Source: Octopus vulgaris (Eukaryota). Taken from it: 64,000 bases of DNA. The notes beneath the pieces were generated by a model. That model searched no databases, was not told the DNA's origin, and saw only the letters and a program-made list of their open reading frames with translations. The translations under genes were made by a program, and so were the position numbers. The stretch's first letter is position 1. Each line of letters starts with the position of its first letter. Shown piece by piece: positions 12,810 to 25,588 of the stretch. The stretch is from assembly GCA_951406725.2 (NCBI GenBank), contig OX597840.1, forward strand, positions 13,454,001 through 13,518,000. The letters run 5' to 3'.

Positions 12810-14215
12810 TCGTGGTGAAATGGTGGAAGGAAAGTGTAAGAGCGGTGAGTACTGGATTGAGTTTGTTATTGTATTTGAAAATTGTAGTTGTTGAACCTGT
12901 TGAATTTATATTGTTATCGAAATTCCTTTCTACCCATTGTCGGGGATGGAAGCGGGAAGCTACGCTGCGGCAGCGGGAAGCTACGCTGCGGCAGCGGGCA
13001 AAAGCCTGTCTGCCGACATGATGAATTGAACTTAACAAGGAGTTGAAAAAATATAATACATTATTTAAGAAGGAAGGAGACTGCCTCCGGTTAACACCGC
13101 CAGCAGAAGCAGTGCAGAAAGCAGAAAAACAAAAAATTATTAACTGGACTCTTAACATAGAGTCTAAAAAGTGGAAATAGTCAACACAGAAGAAACTGAA
13201 GAGGCGTTAAATGCTATCAAGGATGTGGCCACATTTTACACACGTGGAAGGAAGTTCGGTAGAGTGGAGGTGCGCTTCGGGAGTAAGGAGGAAGCAAAAA
13301 GTACTCCACTGTACTTTTAAGAACTGCAAAGTGAGCACTCACCTATTGCAGAAAACGTGCTGCAAGAGTGAGAATAGGGAGAGTGCCCCCGGAGATAGAC
13401 GAGGCGTGGTTGGTGGTGGCCATCTTCTTCAATTGCGAGGAGGAGGTTGAGATAATTAAGGTGGGGAGGTCGAGGGAGATCAATTGGTGGGGGTGTGGAC
13501 TCGTAGTCCTACTTCATATTTCCCTACCAAATCTCCACATAGTGGTAGAAGAGTTGGTACTCCCCGGTGAGACCTAACTGAGAGTTGTGGCGGAAGGGAG
13601 GCGCCCAATTTGTTACAACTGTAGGAATAGGGGACACATGCAAGCAAGGTGTCCCCATAAAAAAGACCGAATACAAACAGAAGTGGAGGAAGTAGTTGTG
13701 GAAGAGTCGAAGGTGGATAGAAAGCATGCAAGGTTGGAGTTGGCACCAAAAAACAAGAAAAAATAAAAGAAAAGATGAAGAAGAACAGAGTAATGTAGTT
13801 GAGGAGGAGGGTTATGGAGAGAGTCGAACCACGTTACCAGAGATGTTAATAAGTTATGAGAATGAGGAAACAGTTTTGCCGGAGGAATATATAGGAGAGA
13901 GACGGAGGACAAAGGAAAGGGTGGATGAACTTGACAGAAGAGACTTGAAAGTAATGAATGCGTATATACAGAATGAAGAGATTGATAAAAAAAAGTTTAA
14001 AAAATAAAGAATAAAACCTGGGTGATAATGGGTGAGAAGTGGTATAGCAAGGACTCAAGAACATTACTAGTGGCAAACAGAAAAGCAGAGATGTTATTGG
14101 AATTGTTCGATAAGAAAATAAAAAATACAGAAATGTACTTCGAGTACAAAGTCATGCCGAAAACCGTAAAATTCGATGATTTGGTGGCAACACAGATCGA
14201 TTTTTTTTTTTAAAA
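12810..14215 (+). mobile_element. 5' part (UTR plus gag-like ORF1) of another LINE, degenerate
   Basis: CCHC knuckle CYNCRNRGHMQARCP at about 13611-13655 preceded by VWRKGGAQ-like RPxxC context; acidic and basic low-complexity tail; 21 bp tandem repeat in the UTR at about 12952-12998. Confidence 0.7.
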
Positions 14216-15576
14216 GGATGAATTACATAAACCCAATCATATTTATACGGCACAGAATGTTTTCACCTCAATAGACGTCATTAATTGGTTGAAATTGCAG
14301 AAATTGAAGAAAAAAAACCCAACAAATATCTTACAAATTATAGAATTTTCTCAATAAAGCCAAGAGAAAAAGATGTTTTATAAACACATTCTACCAGTAT
14401 ACGAAGTTTAAAAGTGTTTAGTTACGTGGAAATTATTTTTAAAAACTGCCGGTCAAACCGAAAAGATCCTTCAATAATATAGACTAGTGACTTATAAGAC
14501 CGTTGAGGGGTTCATATAAGATTTTGCTGTTAAAATATATGGACAATATAGGCGCGGTCGTGGCTCTGTAGTAAGAAATACATACATGAACATAAGAACA
14601 GTAAAATGGAACTGCGAGCTTGGGGTGAATGGGGCTCGTAAGCCATTACATTTTTTTTTCTCATTCGATTTTATTGTCATACACATTTTCATTTATTCGT
14701 TTTATGTACCCCACGTTTTGTGTTGCCCGTCTTTGTAATGTCCCCTCTTTTTTAGGCTAATAAAGATAAAACGACGTTGGTATTGCCTTGGCGGAGGTTT
14801 GCGCTCTCTGAGTGCTCTTGCTTATATGTGAATCGTTTTGGTTCCTAATGAACCCTCCCAGTTATTCAATATCCAAAAAGTCGTATGGCTGTGTGGCAAG
14901 AACCCTGCTTCTCAACCATATAGTTCTGAGTTCAGTCGCACTGCGTGGCACCTTGGGCAAGTGTCTTCTACTATAGCCTAGGGCCGATTAAATCCTTGTG
15001 AGTGGATTTGTAGACGGAAACTGAAAGAAGCCCGTCGTATATATATATATACGCGTCTGACCACTGTCCGAAGTCAGGACGCCATGATAGATCGTTAGCT
15101 CCTACACGCATTTTTTTCTCTCCTTGTTTCTCTCCTTGTTTTTTCCGTGTATCTTTCTGTCGAAGAGCATAGGCTCGAAACGTAAAAGACTTTTTCTATT
15201 CCTGAGCGCTATACTAATACATTTATTTGTTTGTACTCCACCTGCCTTCATCTTTTGTTTATTTTCGTAAACTTTCCCTTTATATATATAACTATGTGTA
15301 TGTCTCTTTCTGTCTGTTTGTCCCCCACCACCGCTGACAATCGGTGTTGGTTTCTTTATGCCCCCACCCCAACTAAGGTTTGGCAAAATAGATCAATATA
15401 ATAAAATTCCTGGTATCGATTCATTCGACAAAAAATTCTTCAAGGCAGTGCCCCAGCATGGCCGCAGTCTAATGACTGAAACAGGTAAAAGATAAAAAGA
15501 AAAAAAGACGGTAAAAGATAATTTTATGATTAAATATTATTAAGAATTGTATAAAAAAATATGTTAAAATGGTAAA

Positions 15577-15614
<38 letters not shown>

Positions 15615-15616
<2 letters not shown>

Positions 15617-16013
15617 TTATATTTCGGAATGGTCATTTTGCCAGTTTAGCCAATAAAACACACGCACTATATATATTTGTTGTTACTGTGCTTCAGCGTT
15701 ATTTATTTTTTACATTAATCTTAATCTTATTTCGGCCAGAGTTCTTTCGTCACACTCCTGTGACCGCATCAGTGGTCCTTTGTTTTCTTCTTTCTTATTT
15801 GTGTGTCTCTCCTTACTAATGGTCAGCCATTTTGTATTTTGTATTCCTAGGACCACTGATGAGGTCACAGGAGTGTAACGAAAGAACTCTGGCCGAAATA
15901 AGATTAAGATTAATGTAAAAAATAAATAACGCTGAAGCAAAGTAACACCAATATATATAGTACGTGTGTTTTTATTGGCTAAACTGGCAAAATGACCATT
16001 CCGAAATATAACA
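15615..16013. repeat. Foldback element with about 165 bp inverted arms containing a CTGATGA...GAAA hammerhead-like core (Penelope pLTR-like)
   Basis: 15615-15779 is the near reverse complement of 15849-16013. Confidence 0.8.
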
Positions 16014-16084
16014 ATATGTTTCAACACACGATTTCACATAAAAAAATCTTGCAAAAGAAATATATAAACGTATATATATATATC

Positions 16085-16345
16085 TCGCGAAGGACCTGAG
16101 AGACCTGCATGGGGTGGGTGTAGGTGTCTTCAAAATAAAACTGGACCTCTTCCTGTCAGCTGTCCCAGATGAACCAACTTCGCGGCAGGAGGTGCAGATG
16201 AGGGCAGCTGCATCAAACTCTCTCATGCACCAAATATCAATTCCTAAAAAGCATTCGTGAAGTAAAATTATGTAGCAACATCAAATGGCGGTGCCCCACC
16301 ATGGCCGCAGCTCGTGAGCTGAAACTAGATAAAATAAAAATAAAG
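16085..16345 (+). mobile_element. 3' fragment of a CR1/L2-type LINE
   Basis: Reads KDLRDLHGVGVGVFKIKLDLFLSAVPDEP, typical of a LINE ORF2 C-terminus, followed by a tail CATGGCCGCAGCTCGTGAGCTGAAACTAG and an A-rich end. Confidence 0.6.
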
Positions 16346-16597
16346 AAATTATATTTATGACGAGCTTCTTTCGGTTTCCATCTACCGAAGTTACGCACCA
16401 AGTTTTAGTCATCCCGAGGCTATAGCGAAAGACACTTGTCCAAGGGGCCACTCAGTGAGATAGAATCTAGAATGACGTGGACGGAAAATTTCTTACTACA
16501 GAGCCACGACCGCGCCTATATTGTCCATATATTTTAACAGCAAAATCTTATATGAACCCCTCAACGGTCTTATAAGTCACTAGCCTATATTATTGAA

Positions 16598-17010
16598 GGA
16601 TCTTTTCGGTTTGACCGGCAGTTTTTTTAAATAATGTCCACGTAACTAAACACTTTTAAACTTCGTATACTGGTAGAATGTGTTTATAAAACATCTTTTT
16701 CTCTTGGCTTTATTGAGAAAATTCTATAGTTTGTTAGATATTTGTTGTTGTTTTTTTCTTCAATTTCTGCAATTCAACCAATCACTGACGTCTATTGAGA
16801 TGAAAACATTCTGTGCCGTATGAATATGATTGGGTTTATTTATATTTCTGAAGAAAAAAGATACCCTTCCCCCACCCCTAACCCTAACTAACCCTAACTC
16901 TAACCCTAAAACAGATTGAAATGCAATAGATCGATACTAGGGTCATAATTATGGGTGACAATTTCACATGACACTGCTAGAAAAAACTGCTGTTCAAACC
17001 GAAAAGATCT
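16598..17010. mobile_element. MITE with about 30 bp TIRs and 8 bp target duplication; internal CCCTAA repeats
   Basis: GGATCTTTTCGGTTTGACCGGCAGTTTTTT ... AAAAAACTGCTGTTCAAACCGAAAAGATCT; TTATTGAA on both flanks (16590-16597, 17011-17018). Confidence 0.85.
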
Positions 17011-18359
17011 TTATTGAATATTTCTTTGAAAAAAAAAACGATTATTTCAATTTCAAGGAGATTTGACTGTTATTTCTAGCAGGCCGAACATCCATATAGA
17101 AGCCACCATGTAAGCTTCTTTAACCACCGACCTACTAATTTTCAATTGTTTATTCATACGCTTCGTCTCATTCGATACCTTGACCCCAATGTTTGTTTTG
17201 TCTGTCCTCGTATCGCCCCCTCTTTTTCTCAACCTCATGGTTAATAAAGAAATTGACCTACTTATCCTCATCACTTTACGTCCTCTTTCCCATACCCTGT
17301 GTTGACTTTTTCTCAACAACACCACTACCAGCTATGCTTAGGCTTATATCAAAAGGCATATCACTGTTTGAAGAGACGGTAGTGTTATTTGCAACAGTGG
17401 CACACGCAATACTCTACTTCTACAGCAAAGCAAGTTACTTCAACCGCAACATTTTCTTCAAAAGTTCGGCTATTTTGGTGTACGAACCAACACCCAAGTA
17501 AATGGCAATTGTATATCAATCATAGCAATTGAGCAAACCATTGTAGCAACTAGCACGGTGTTGGCATTATGAAGTGCAACATTTTCAGCGGCAGACGACA
17601 TTTCGGAGGTTGATTATTACTCTATTCAGAACATTTTTTTGGCAATCAACCGTATCACTCGACACTATTCTAGCTTAACTTTTATTGAGGGTGCACTGTC
17701 GTGAAATGCCTTTATGCATACTTATATGCATGTGAGTGTGTGGGTACCTTACAATAGAAAGATCACTGCATATCTCAAGTTCAGTGCATAAAAACACATT
17801 TACATTCCTTCAATATTGCTGCAGACTTGCTCGTATATGCATACACAGACACAAATGCACTCAATATAAAAAAAAACATAAAGAAAAAATTATGAGAAAA
17901 AAGTGTGAACTTCTTGTGTTTAGAAATAAAGAAAAAGAAGGAAAACCTGTTTAAATCATGTCCAAATGTAACCACTCAACTTTGGGGTTCGAGTGGGCAT
18001 TACGCCTCATTTTATCATTATTCATAATTTCATTCGTTTCTTTTATTTTTTTCTTTCTCACTTGATTGCCTTTTTGTATTTTTATTCCCCCGATTTTATG
18101 TTTTGTATTTGTCATTGTGCTGTGTAACGTCTTTATTTAGCCCCTTGGTGGTAATTTTAAAAAAGGAGACAGAGAACGGCCATTTGGAATAACGTATGGC
18201 CTTTCTATTTAGGACTATGACTAGAAATTAGTTTGTTTAAATCAGGATTTACTGGTCATACATAACAATCAAAGAAACAAATTTCTGAAAAATACACAAT
18301 TGGAGAAGTTGCTGAGCAGGCTATAGAGAAAGGACGTGGGAAAGGATTTGTGAAAGGAC

Positions 18360-21300
18360 GTGTCCGATATGAAAAGATACTTGAAATCTGACAGATTGAA
18401 TGTAAACCCAAATTCCACAAATGCTGATAAAACTTTTAATCACTGGTTTAGAACTTTCACCAACTTTATAGACTCACTACCCGGGCAAGAAGGTAGGATT
18501 AGCGATAAACTTTTGATTATGTGGAACGGAACGTATACGAACTCATCAGTGAAGCTAAGAACTACGAACAAGCTGTGAATACACTAAAGAGTGTGTACAT
18601 TCAACCAAAGAACATCGTAATGGCACGCCATCTTTTAACCACAAGAAAACAGAAACCAGGGGAATCTCTAGACCAGTTCTTAAACGAACTCAAAATATTA
18701 GCGAAAGACTGTGACTTTGTTGCACTGAGTGCTGAGCAGTACCGGTCTGAAATGATTCGAGATGCATTTATAAATGGGTTCACTTCGAATCAAATTCGAA
18801 TCAAATATTAAAAAACAAAAGTGTTGACCTCAGTACAGGTTATGAGCGAGCACGTTCACTAGATGTGGCGCAAAAGAGTTCCAGTGTATATCTAAACTCT
18901 GAGGGTGCCAACTTCAGTCCAACTGCACCCTTTGTAGCTAAGCCAATAGATTCCGCAAAGCTGGAAGGAAAACACTCTGCCGCGACCCGAAAAAGGAGAC
19001 CCCTTCCCAATGTTGGTTTTGTAGCTATTCCAGAGACCGACGGACTCACTGCCCTGCACAGAAAGCAGTCTGTCACAAATGCCAAAAAAATAGGGCATTT
19101 TGGAAAATTATGTAGGAGCAACGCAGCAACTGTAACACAGGATGATGGTAAATATGATTTGCCATTGGCAGTATGAGCTTCAACAGGCTCACCCTTCTGA
19201 GTAATCTCTATGGTTATACTGAACAATAGCTGCAAAGCCGAAGCATTAATTAATAGCGGTAGCACTGAGAAGAGCTTCATCAGTGAGAAGCTAGTGAACA
19301 TACTCAACATCAAGACGGTCAAATTGAAGAACGTCATTGGTATGGCGTCTGGATCTCTTTCTGTGGAATCCAAGGGATACTGCACTGTTTCACTCACCCA
19401 GAATAATCAGAAATACTATCATGTGAAACTGTACGTGCTCAGAAACTTGTGCACTGACCTCATTCTGGGTACTAACTTCCAAGAACGTCTGTATTGATTT
19501 CCCAGAACTTATAAGCTTTTTTGTATTTCCTCACTTCTGCTGTCTGCTTTTCTGGTAGTAACACACACACATGTGCCACCCTGCTATGTTCGTATATCCT
19601 TTTCTATCGACAAATTTTGCCGTCTTCCAATCTGTTACTTTCCGAATTAGTTCCCTATTCTCCTTGTCCGTCGACATACAAACGTAATTTAATTCACGGG
19701 GAGGGGAATTCTTTGTACTTTGTTGTGATTGCATTTCTTTTTCCTTTTTGGATCGTGTAGGAGTGAGATGGGTGGGTTCGGTGCCTGTAGGGTGAGGGTG
19801 GGTCTGAGAGGGTATGGGTCAGGTGGGTAAGGTTTGAAGTTCCACATCACACTCTTTCAGTGAGTGAATGAATTTCTTTATTGCCTATAAGGGCATTCTT
19901 AGAAGATACAAAAGGAGGGGCCTGGGACAAACAACGGACAGTCTTACAGGGGAAGGGGTAGTGGTGTTGGGGTTACAAACATGAAAACTGTGATGAAAAA
20001 CTGTATGAGTTAAAAAATTTTAATGAATAAAAAATACTGAAATATATATTTTCCGGGTTTATTTTTAACCCGCCAATTTGGAACCATTGTCTTTTTTCTC
20101 CTTTTTGGGAGTGCAAGAAAACGTTTTCTTCCCTCTCCGTTTGACCGACTATACCAGCATTCATACTCAACTCCCTTACATTTGTCCATCTTTATTCATA
20201 CACGCTAAGAGGCAGGTACTTTCTCTCCAGACGGATCTTCCTTACCAACCCTTGTCCGAAGATAAAGTGGCCTGCCCCAATCCCTTTTGCACAAGTCCTC
20301 CACACTCTCTTTCAGTATGGCCACTACGCAGAAAAAGGTTGCCTTCCTTTCCTTGTTCAGGAAGGGAGGCGGTACAATCTTAACTATGGTCTCAATCGAG
20401 AGCTGTACTCCTTCCACATCCGACATCAGTTGTTCGACATAGACTATCAACCCCTTCAAATCCCCCACAGTGTACGAAGACATGCATGACAGTTTCACTG
20501 ACGCGCCCACACTCGGACATGTGGGGGTGTTGAAACCGTATCTAGACCACCTCTCTCGAACCGGTAAGACCGATCAGTAGCACAACCAAGCCAAGGATTT
20601 CTGGAAATTATCCATATGCCTCGGCCCGAATGTCCTTCCGAACAGGTTGGCCAGTTGTTCGTCATCAAAGCCTAGAGTCTCCCACAGGACGTCATCGGAC
20701 TTAAACTCTACCAACCCTCTATAGAAATCCGCAGTGGTAACCTCGCTGCCGGTATTACTCGCTCGGGAGAACAGGGTAAGTGCTTGTCTGCACCCCTTTT
20801 GCCATTCTCCCGTCTTAGGTCTCCGCTTGATCCATGTACCTAAGTCCCAGAGGGACTTCAACTGTGGGAAAAGTTGCTTGTCATGCAGTAACCACACCTG
20901 CTCACCATCCAGGTAGCGCCGGAGGTCCTCAGCCTCAACACATGCTTGCACATCATCATCAGCTAAGGCATCCCCAGCCTACCCTTTAACGGTTTCTGGC
21001 AGCAGATAGGGCGCTTCATAAGTGGTGATTTCCCCTTTCACAAAAAGCGGAAAAGGATCCGTTCCAGCTCGGTCAGTCACAAACCAGGGCCAGGCACGAC
21101 GGTCAAGCGGTAGGTTATCACATGCTATAAACACCTGTGCAACCTCAGTCCTCCCTGGGTTATGGCCGTCACCTTACTCGTTACCTCACTCCAGTTCTTC
21201 TCCACCTGAAGATCTGATGTAAACTAGATTCCGAGCAATTTAACCGGGCCCTCCGTCCAGCGTCCGACGACGCTGTTGGGAGGCATCGACTTGCCACGCC

Positions 21301-21790
21301 AGGTGCCGAGGTGCAAGCCGACTGATTTTTCCCGGTTAATTTTTGCCCCTGCCACCGCTTCGTATCCTTTGATGGCGTCTTCTACACGAGGTAACTACCC
21401 TTCATCAGATACGGTGATGGTAACATCATCCGCATATGCCGTCGCACTTCTACCATAACATAGATCTGGCCATCAAATTGAAAAGATCCCGATTCTGCCA
21501 GTTCGCTGCCTTCAGATAGGAAAATAATGATTTGTATTTTCCTCCTCCTTCTCCGTTTGACCGGCTACACCAGCACGGCCCCATTCATACTCGACTTGTG
21601 CACTGACCTAATTCTGGGTACTAACTTCCAAGAACGGCATGAAAGTATTACCATACAATACGGAGGACAGAAACCATCGATAGCATTTACTACAGTTACA
21701 GCTATAAAAACTGATCCCCCAAAGCTATTCGCGCATCTCAGAGAGGACTGTAAACCTATTGCAGCCAAATGCATGTGTGGTGATTCGTAA
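18360..21790 (+). mobile_element. Degenerate Ty3/gypsy gag-protease region, interrupted by an insertion at 19488-21593
   Basis: gag-like TFNHWFRTF, RHLLTTRKQKPGESLDQF, IRDAFING; protease-like ALINSGST ... DLILGTNF, resuming at 21594 (QERHESITIQYGG...PPKLFAHLREDCKPIA). Confidence 0.85.
19870..21460 (-). mobile_element. 5'-truncated Tx1/L1-clade LINE (RT C-terminal half) nested in the gypsy element
   Basis: Minus strand reads AYADDVTI, GAKINREKSVGLHLGTWRGKSMP and DNFQKSLAW; closely related to 8254-9096. Confidence 0.85.
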
Positions 21791-22860
21791 AAGTTTATTG
21801 TTCTTGGAGTAAGTTACAAAAAAATTCTAAGATTCTCTCGACTTGTAATTCAAACCGCCTCATGGACCCGGCGTTACACCGGAAGATGACGAGGGGAGGC
21901 GCACTGAAACAGCCACTCTGAATAGTTCCGAAGCCTGATAAGCTGGCTGGGTTGTTAAGAAGTAGAGTAACTGAGAGTGAAGGAATAGACAGGAATTTAT
22001 AGGAGGTCAATCACCGTAGATACATGCGGCATACCAACAAAAAAGTTTAAGAGTAACGATCCTAATTACATGCTAAAAGAGTGTTGCCCCGACCTCATGT
22101 TCAACTCTTGTTTGTCAATGCTTTTTATAGACTGCCTTTTCTTAACATATTTGCTCAATCAACCAAGCAATTTTCTACATTAAACATCCATTCAGTCGGT
22201 CTGTCACTCTACTCGCAAGTTTACATTGCGGTCAAATCTTATTGAAACTACATATATTCGTCTTCAAAATAGTATAAGTTTCATAAAATGTTAACAACCT
22301 AAATACTGTCTGACACACAAAAACAAAAAAAAAAATCCGACACTTAAACAGGAGAAGCATTAAAAATTAGCAGCAGCTGAAGCAACGAGTGGCTAGCGTT
22401 ATTTTGTGCCAACACCTCACAGCATATGCTTCTTATTATTATTCTGGAGGGTGTGATAAAAGTTTCAAACATTCTCAAAACAAACCTTAAGGTTTTTCAC
22501 AATTTTTCAACACTTGGCGTTTTTTTCTATTTCTAGAAACTTGTAAATGTTTTCATGTCAGCAGTTAACTAGTTGTATGTATTTATCTGCAGCAACAAAT
22601 ATACTGTAACATTTCAGAATTAGCAGACGCCGTCTCTTTCAACATCGCAGTAAGTCCCGATGCTTTTATTATTATTATTATTATTCAGTAGTTATATTTT
22701 CATAGCGTGCTTTCACTTCACTGCCGAGCGCAGCTCTGTAGTGCCTTGGGTTTGTTGTGATGTTCTTTCTTTTATTGTATTGAAAATGTTTTACGTAGGA
22801 TGTGTGCAATGCCTACTAGTGCTATCTTCTGTGTGTTATATTTGTTATTCCTGGTGTAGT

Positions 22861-24304
22861 GCAGGCGCAATGGCCCAGTGGTTAGGGCAGCGGACTCGCG
22901 GTCGTAGGATCGCGGTTTCGATTCCCAGACCGGGCGTTGTGAGTGTTTATTGAGCGAAAACACCTAAAGCTCCACGAGGCTCCGGCAGGGGATGGTGGTA
23001 ATCCCTGCTGTACTCTTTCACCACAACTTTCTCTCACTCTTACTTCCTGTTTCTGTTGTACCTGTATTTCAAGGGGCCGGCCTTGTCACTCTCTGTGACA
23101 CGCTGAATATCCCCGAGAACTACGTTAAGGGTACACGTGTCTGTGGAGTGCTCAGCCATTTACACGTTAATTTCACGAGCAGGCTGTTCCGTTGGTCGGA
23201 TCAACCGGAACCCTCATCGTCGTAACCGACGGAGTGCTTCCATCCAGTCCTGGTGTTTTTATGTATTTGTCTGAATATTTTTTTATCATACCGAATGAGC
23301 TTACTATGATAAGAATTGCTTCTGTTTTTAAACTCCACATTCGAGTTACCTCTATTTCAAAGTCTTTGTATTTTGAAAGTTTCTCCATTTCTTTTAGAGA
23401 AACGTTGTCATCTGTTGGAATTAATTCATCAATTAGAAAGCATTTTTTTTATTGATAATCTCTGACAACTATATTCAGCATATTGGCCTTAATTTCTCTA
23501 TCTGTGTGTATTGGCATATCCCATAGTATGGTTGCTTTCTCATTATTATTATTTGTTTTGGTTTTGCTTTTATTTATAATTGTTGCACCCAAGTTTCAAC
23601 CAGAGATGTTAAAGGACTACAAGATTTTGCCTCTGATGATTTGTTATATTTATTTCTTCACCTTAGATGTAATGTAATTGTGTGGAGGCGCAATGGCCCA
23701 GTGGTTAGGGCAGCGGACTCGCGGTCGTAGGATCGTGGTTTCGATTCCCAGAGCGGGCTTTGAGTTTATTGAGTGAAAACACCTAAAAGTTCCACGAGGC
23801 TCTAGCAGGAGTTGGTGGTGATCCCTGCTGTACTCTTTCACCACAAATTTCTGTCACTCTATCTTCCTGTTTCTGTTGTACCTGTATTTCAAAGGGCCAG
23901 CTTTGTCAAACTCTGTGTCACGCTGAATCTCCTCCGAGAACTAGAACTATGTTAAGGGTACACGTGTCTATGGAGTACTCAGCCACTTGCACGTTAAGCA
24001 GGCTCTTCCGTTGATCGGATCGACTGGAACTCTCGTCGTCGCAACCGACGGAGTGCCACGTTGCCCTTTTAATGCGATTGGCAATTATTGAAGTAATTGT
24101 TATTGTTATCATTTAGTTATGTGGGAGTGGCTGTGTGGTAAGTAGCTTGCTTACCAACCACATGGTTCCGGGTTCAGTCCTACTGCATGGTACCTTGGGC
24201 AAGTGTCTTCTACAATAGCCTTGGATCGACCAAAGCCTTGTGAGTGGATTTGGTAGACGGAAACTGAAAGAAGCTCGTTGTATATATGTATGTATTTATG
24301 TATG

Positions 24305-24339
<35 letters not shown>

Positions 24340-24890
24340 TTGTGTGTCTGTGTTTATCCTCCCAACATCGCTTGACAACCGATGCTGGTATATTTACGTC
24401 CCCGTAACTTAGCGGTTCGGCAAAAGTGACCGATAGAATAAGTACAAGGCTTACAAAGAATAAGTCCTGGGGTCGATTTGTTCGACTAAAGGCGATGCTC
24501 CAGCATGGCCGCAGTCAAATGACTGAAACAAGTAAAAGATTATGAGTGAAGGCGCATGGTTCAGTGGTTAGAACGTCGGACTTAGAATCATGAGGTAGTG
24601 AGTTCGATTCTTGGACTGGGCTGCGTGTTGTGTTCTTGAGCAAGACACTTTGTCTCACGTTGCTCCAATTCACTCATCTGTAGAAATGAGTTGCGGCATC
24701 ACTGTTACCAAGCTATATCGGCCCCTTTGCCTTTCTCATGGGTAACATCGGTGGCGTGGAGACGGGTGGCTGGTATGAAGGGTGTGACTGCTGGTCTTCC
24801 ATAAATAATCTTGCCCGGACTTGAACCTCAGAAAGGAATTTTCTACGCGCAATTCCATGGTCGTTCATGACTGAAAGGGGTCTCTACCAT
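22861..24890 (+). mobile_element. Cluster of tRNA-derived SINEs (about 22861-23240, 23686-24060, 24123-24540, 24548-24890)
   Basis: Each begins with a tRNA-like head (e.g. GGCGCAATGGCCCAGTGGTTAGGGCAGCGGACTCGCGGTCGTAGGATCGCGGTTTCGATTCCC) and shares body segments with other copies in the window. Confidence 0.85.
23245..23540 (-). mobile_element. Fragment of a non-LTR element with restriction-like endonuclease (R2/R4/NeSL-like)
   Basis: Minus strand WDMPIHTDREIKAN..IVV and EKLSKYKDFEIEVTRMW. Confidence 0.65.
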
Positions 24891-25358
24891 TCACCCTTTA
24901 TATTGGTAGGGGACTCTTCAAATTTTTTAACCATTAAATAGCAAGAAAAATTTGCGTGAATGTGTATTGTGAACAAGCAAAAGATAAAAAGTATGTTTCT
25001 TATGGGTAATTTTTATATCTATTTTCACTTTAAATAAACAAAAGAAAATGTATCGTCATTCTTAGTCTCCCACGCAGTAAAATTTGGCGTGGCTGTGTGG
25101 TAAGAAGCTTGCCTCCTAATCACATGGTTCCGAGTTCAGTTTCATTACATGGCATCTTGGGAAAGAGTCTTCTGCTATAGCCTCAGGCCGACCAAAGCCT
25201 TGTGAGTGGATTTGGTAGATGGAAGCTGAAAGAAGCCCAAAGTGCGTGTGTGTGTGTTTGTATTGATTTGGTAGTTGGAAACTGAAAGAAACCCGTCGTA
25301 TAAATATTTGTCCCCCTCCTCTGATTGACAACCGGTGTTGTTATGTTCGCCGAGCTGG

Positions 25359-25588
25359 CGGCGAGCTGGCAGAAACGTTAGCACGCCGGGCGAAATGCGT
25401 AGCCGTATTTCGTCTGTCGTTACGTTGTGAGTTCAAATTCCGCCGAGGTCGACTTTGCCTTTCATCCTTTCGGGGTCGATAAATTAAGTACCAGTTACGC
25501 ACTGGGGTCGATGTAATCGACTTAATACCTATGTCTGTCCTTGTTTGTCCCCTCTGTGTTTAGCCCCTTGTGGGTAACAAAGAAATAG
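25359..25588 (+). mobile_element. tRNA-derived SINE with GTCGACTTTGCCTTTCATCCTTTCGGGGTCG core (Meta/MESC-like) and LINE-like tail
   Basis: Copies, often internally tandem, at 39376-39784 (-), 41160-41470, 45560-45970, 47295-47770 and 48704-49118. Confidence 0.85.

Noticed and set aside
16876-16909. CCCTAA repeats as a chromosome end or fusion scar
   Set aside because: Only a few degenerate units, inside a TIR- and TSD-bounded MITE.
22861-22935. tRNA-like sequences (also near 355-430, 1850, 24550, 38190, 41505)
   Set aside because: They are SINE heads continuing into shared SINE bodies, with no proper acceptor stem.
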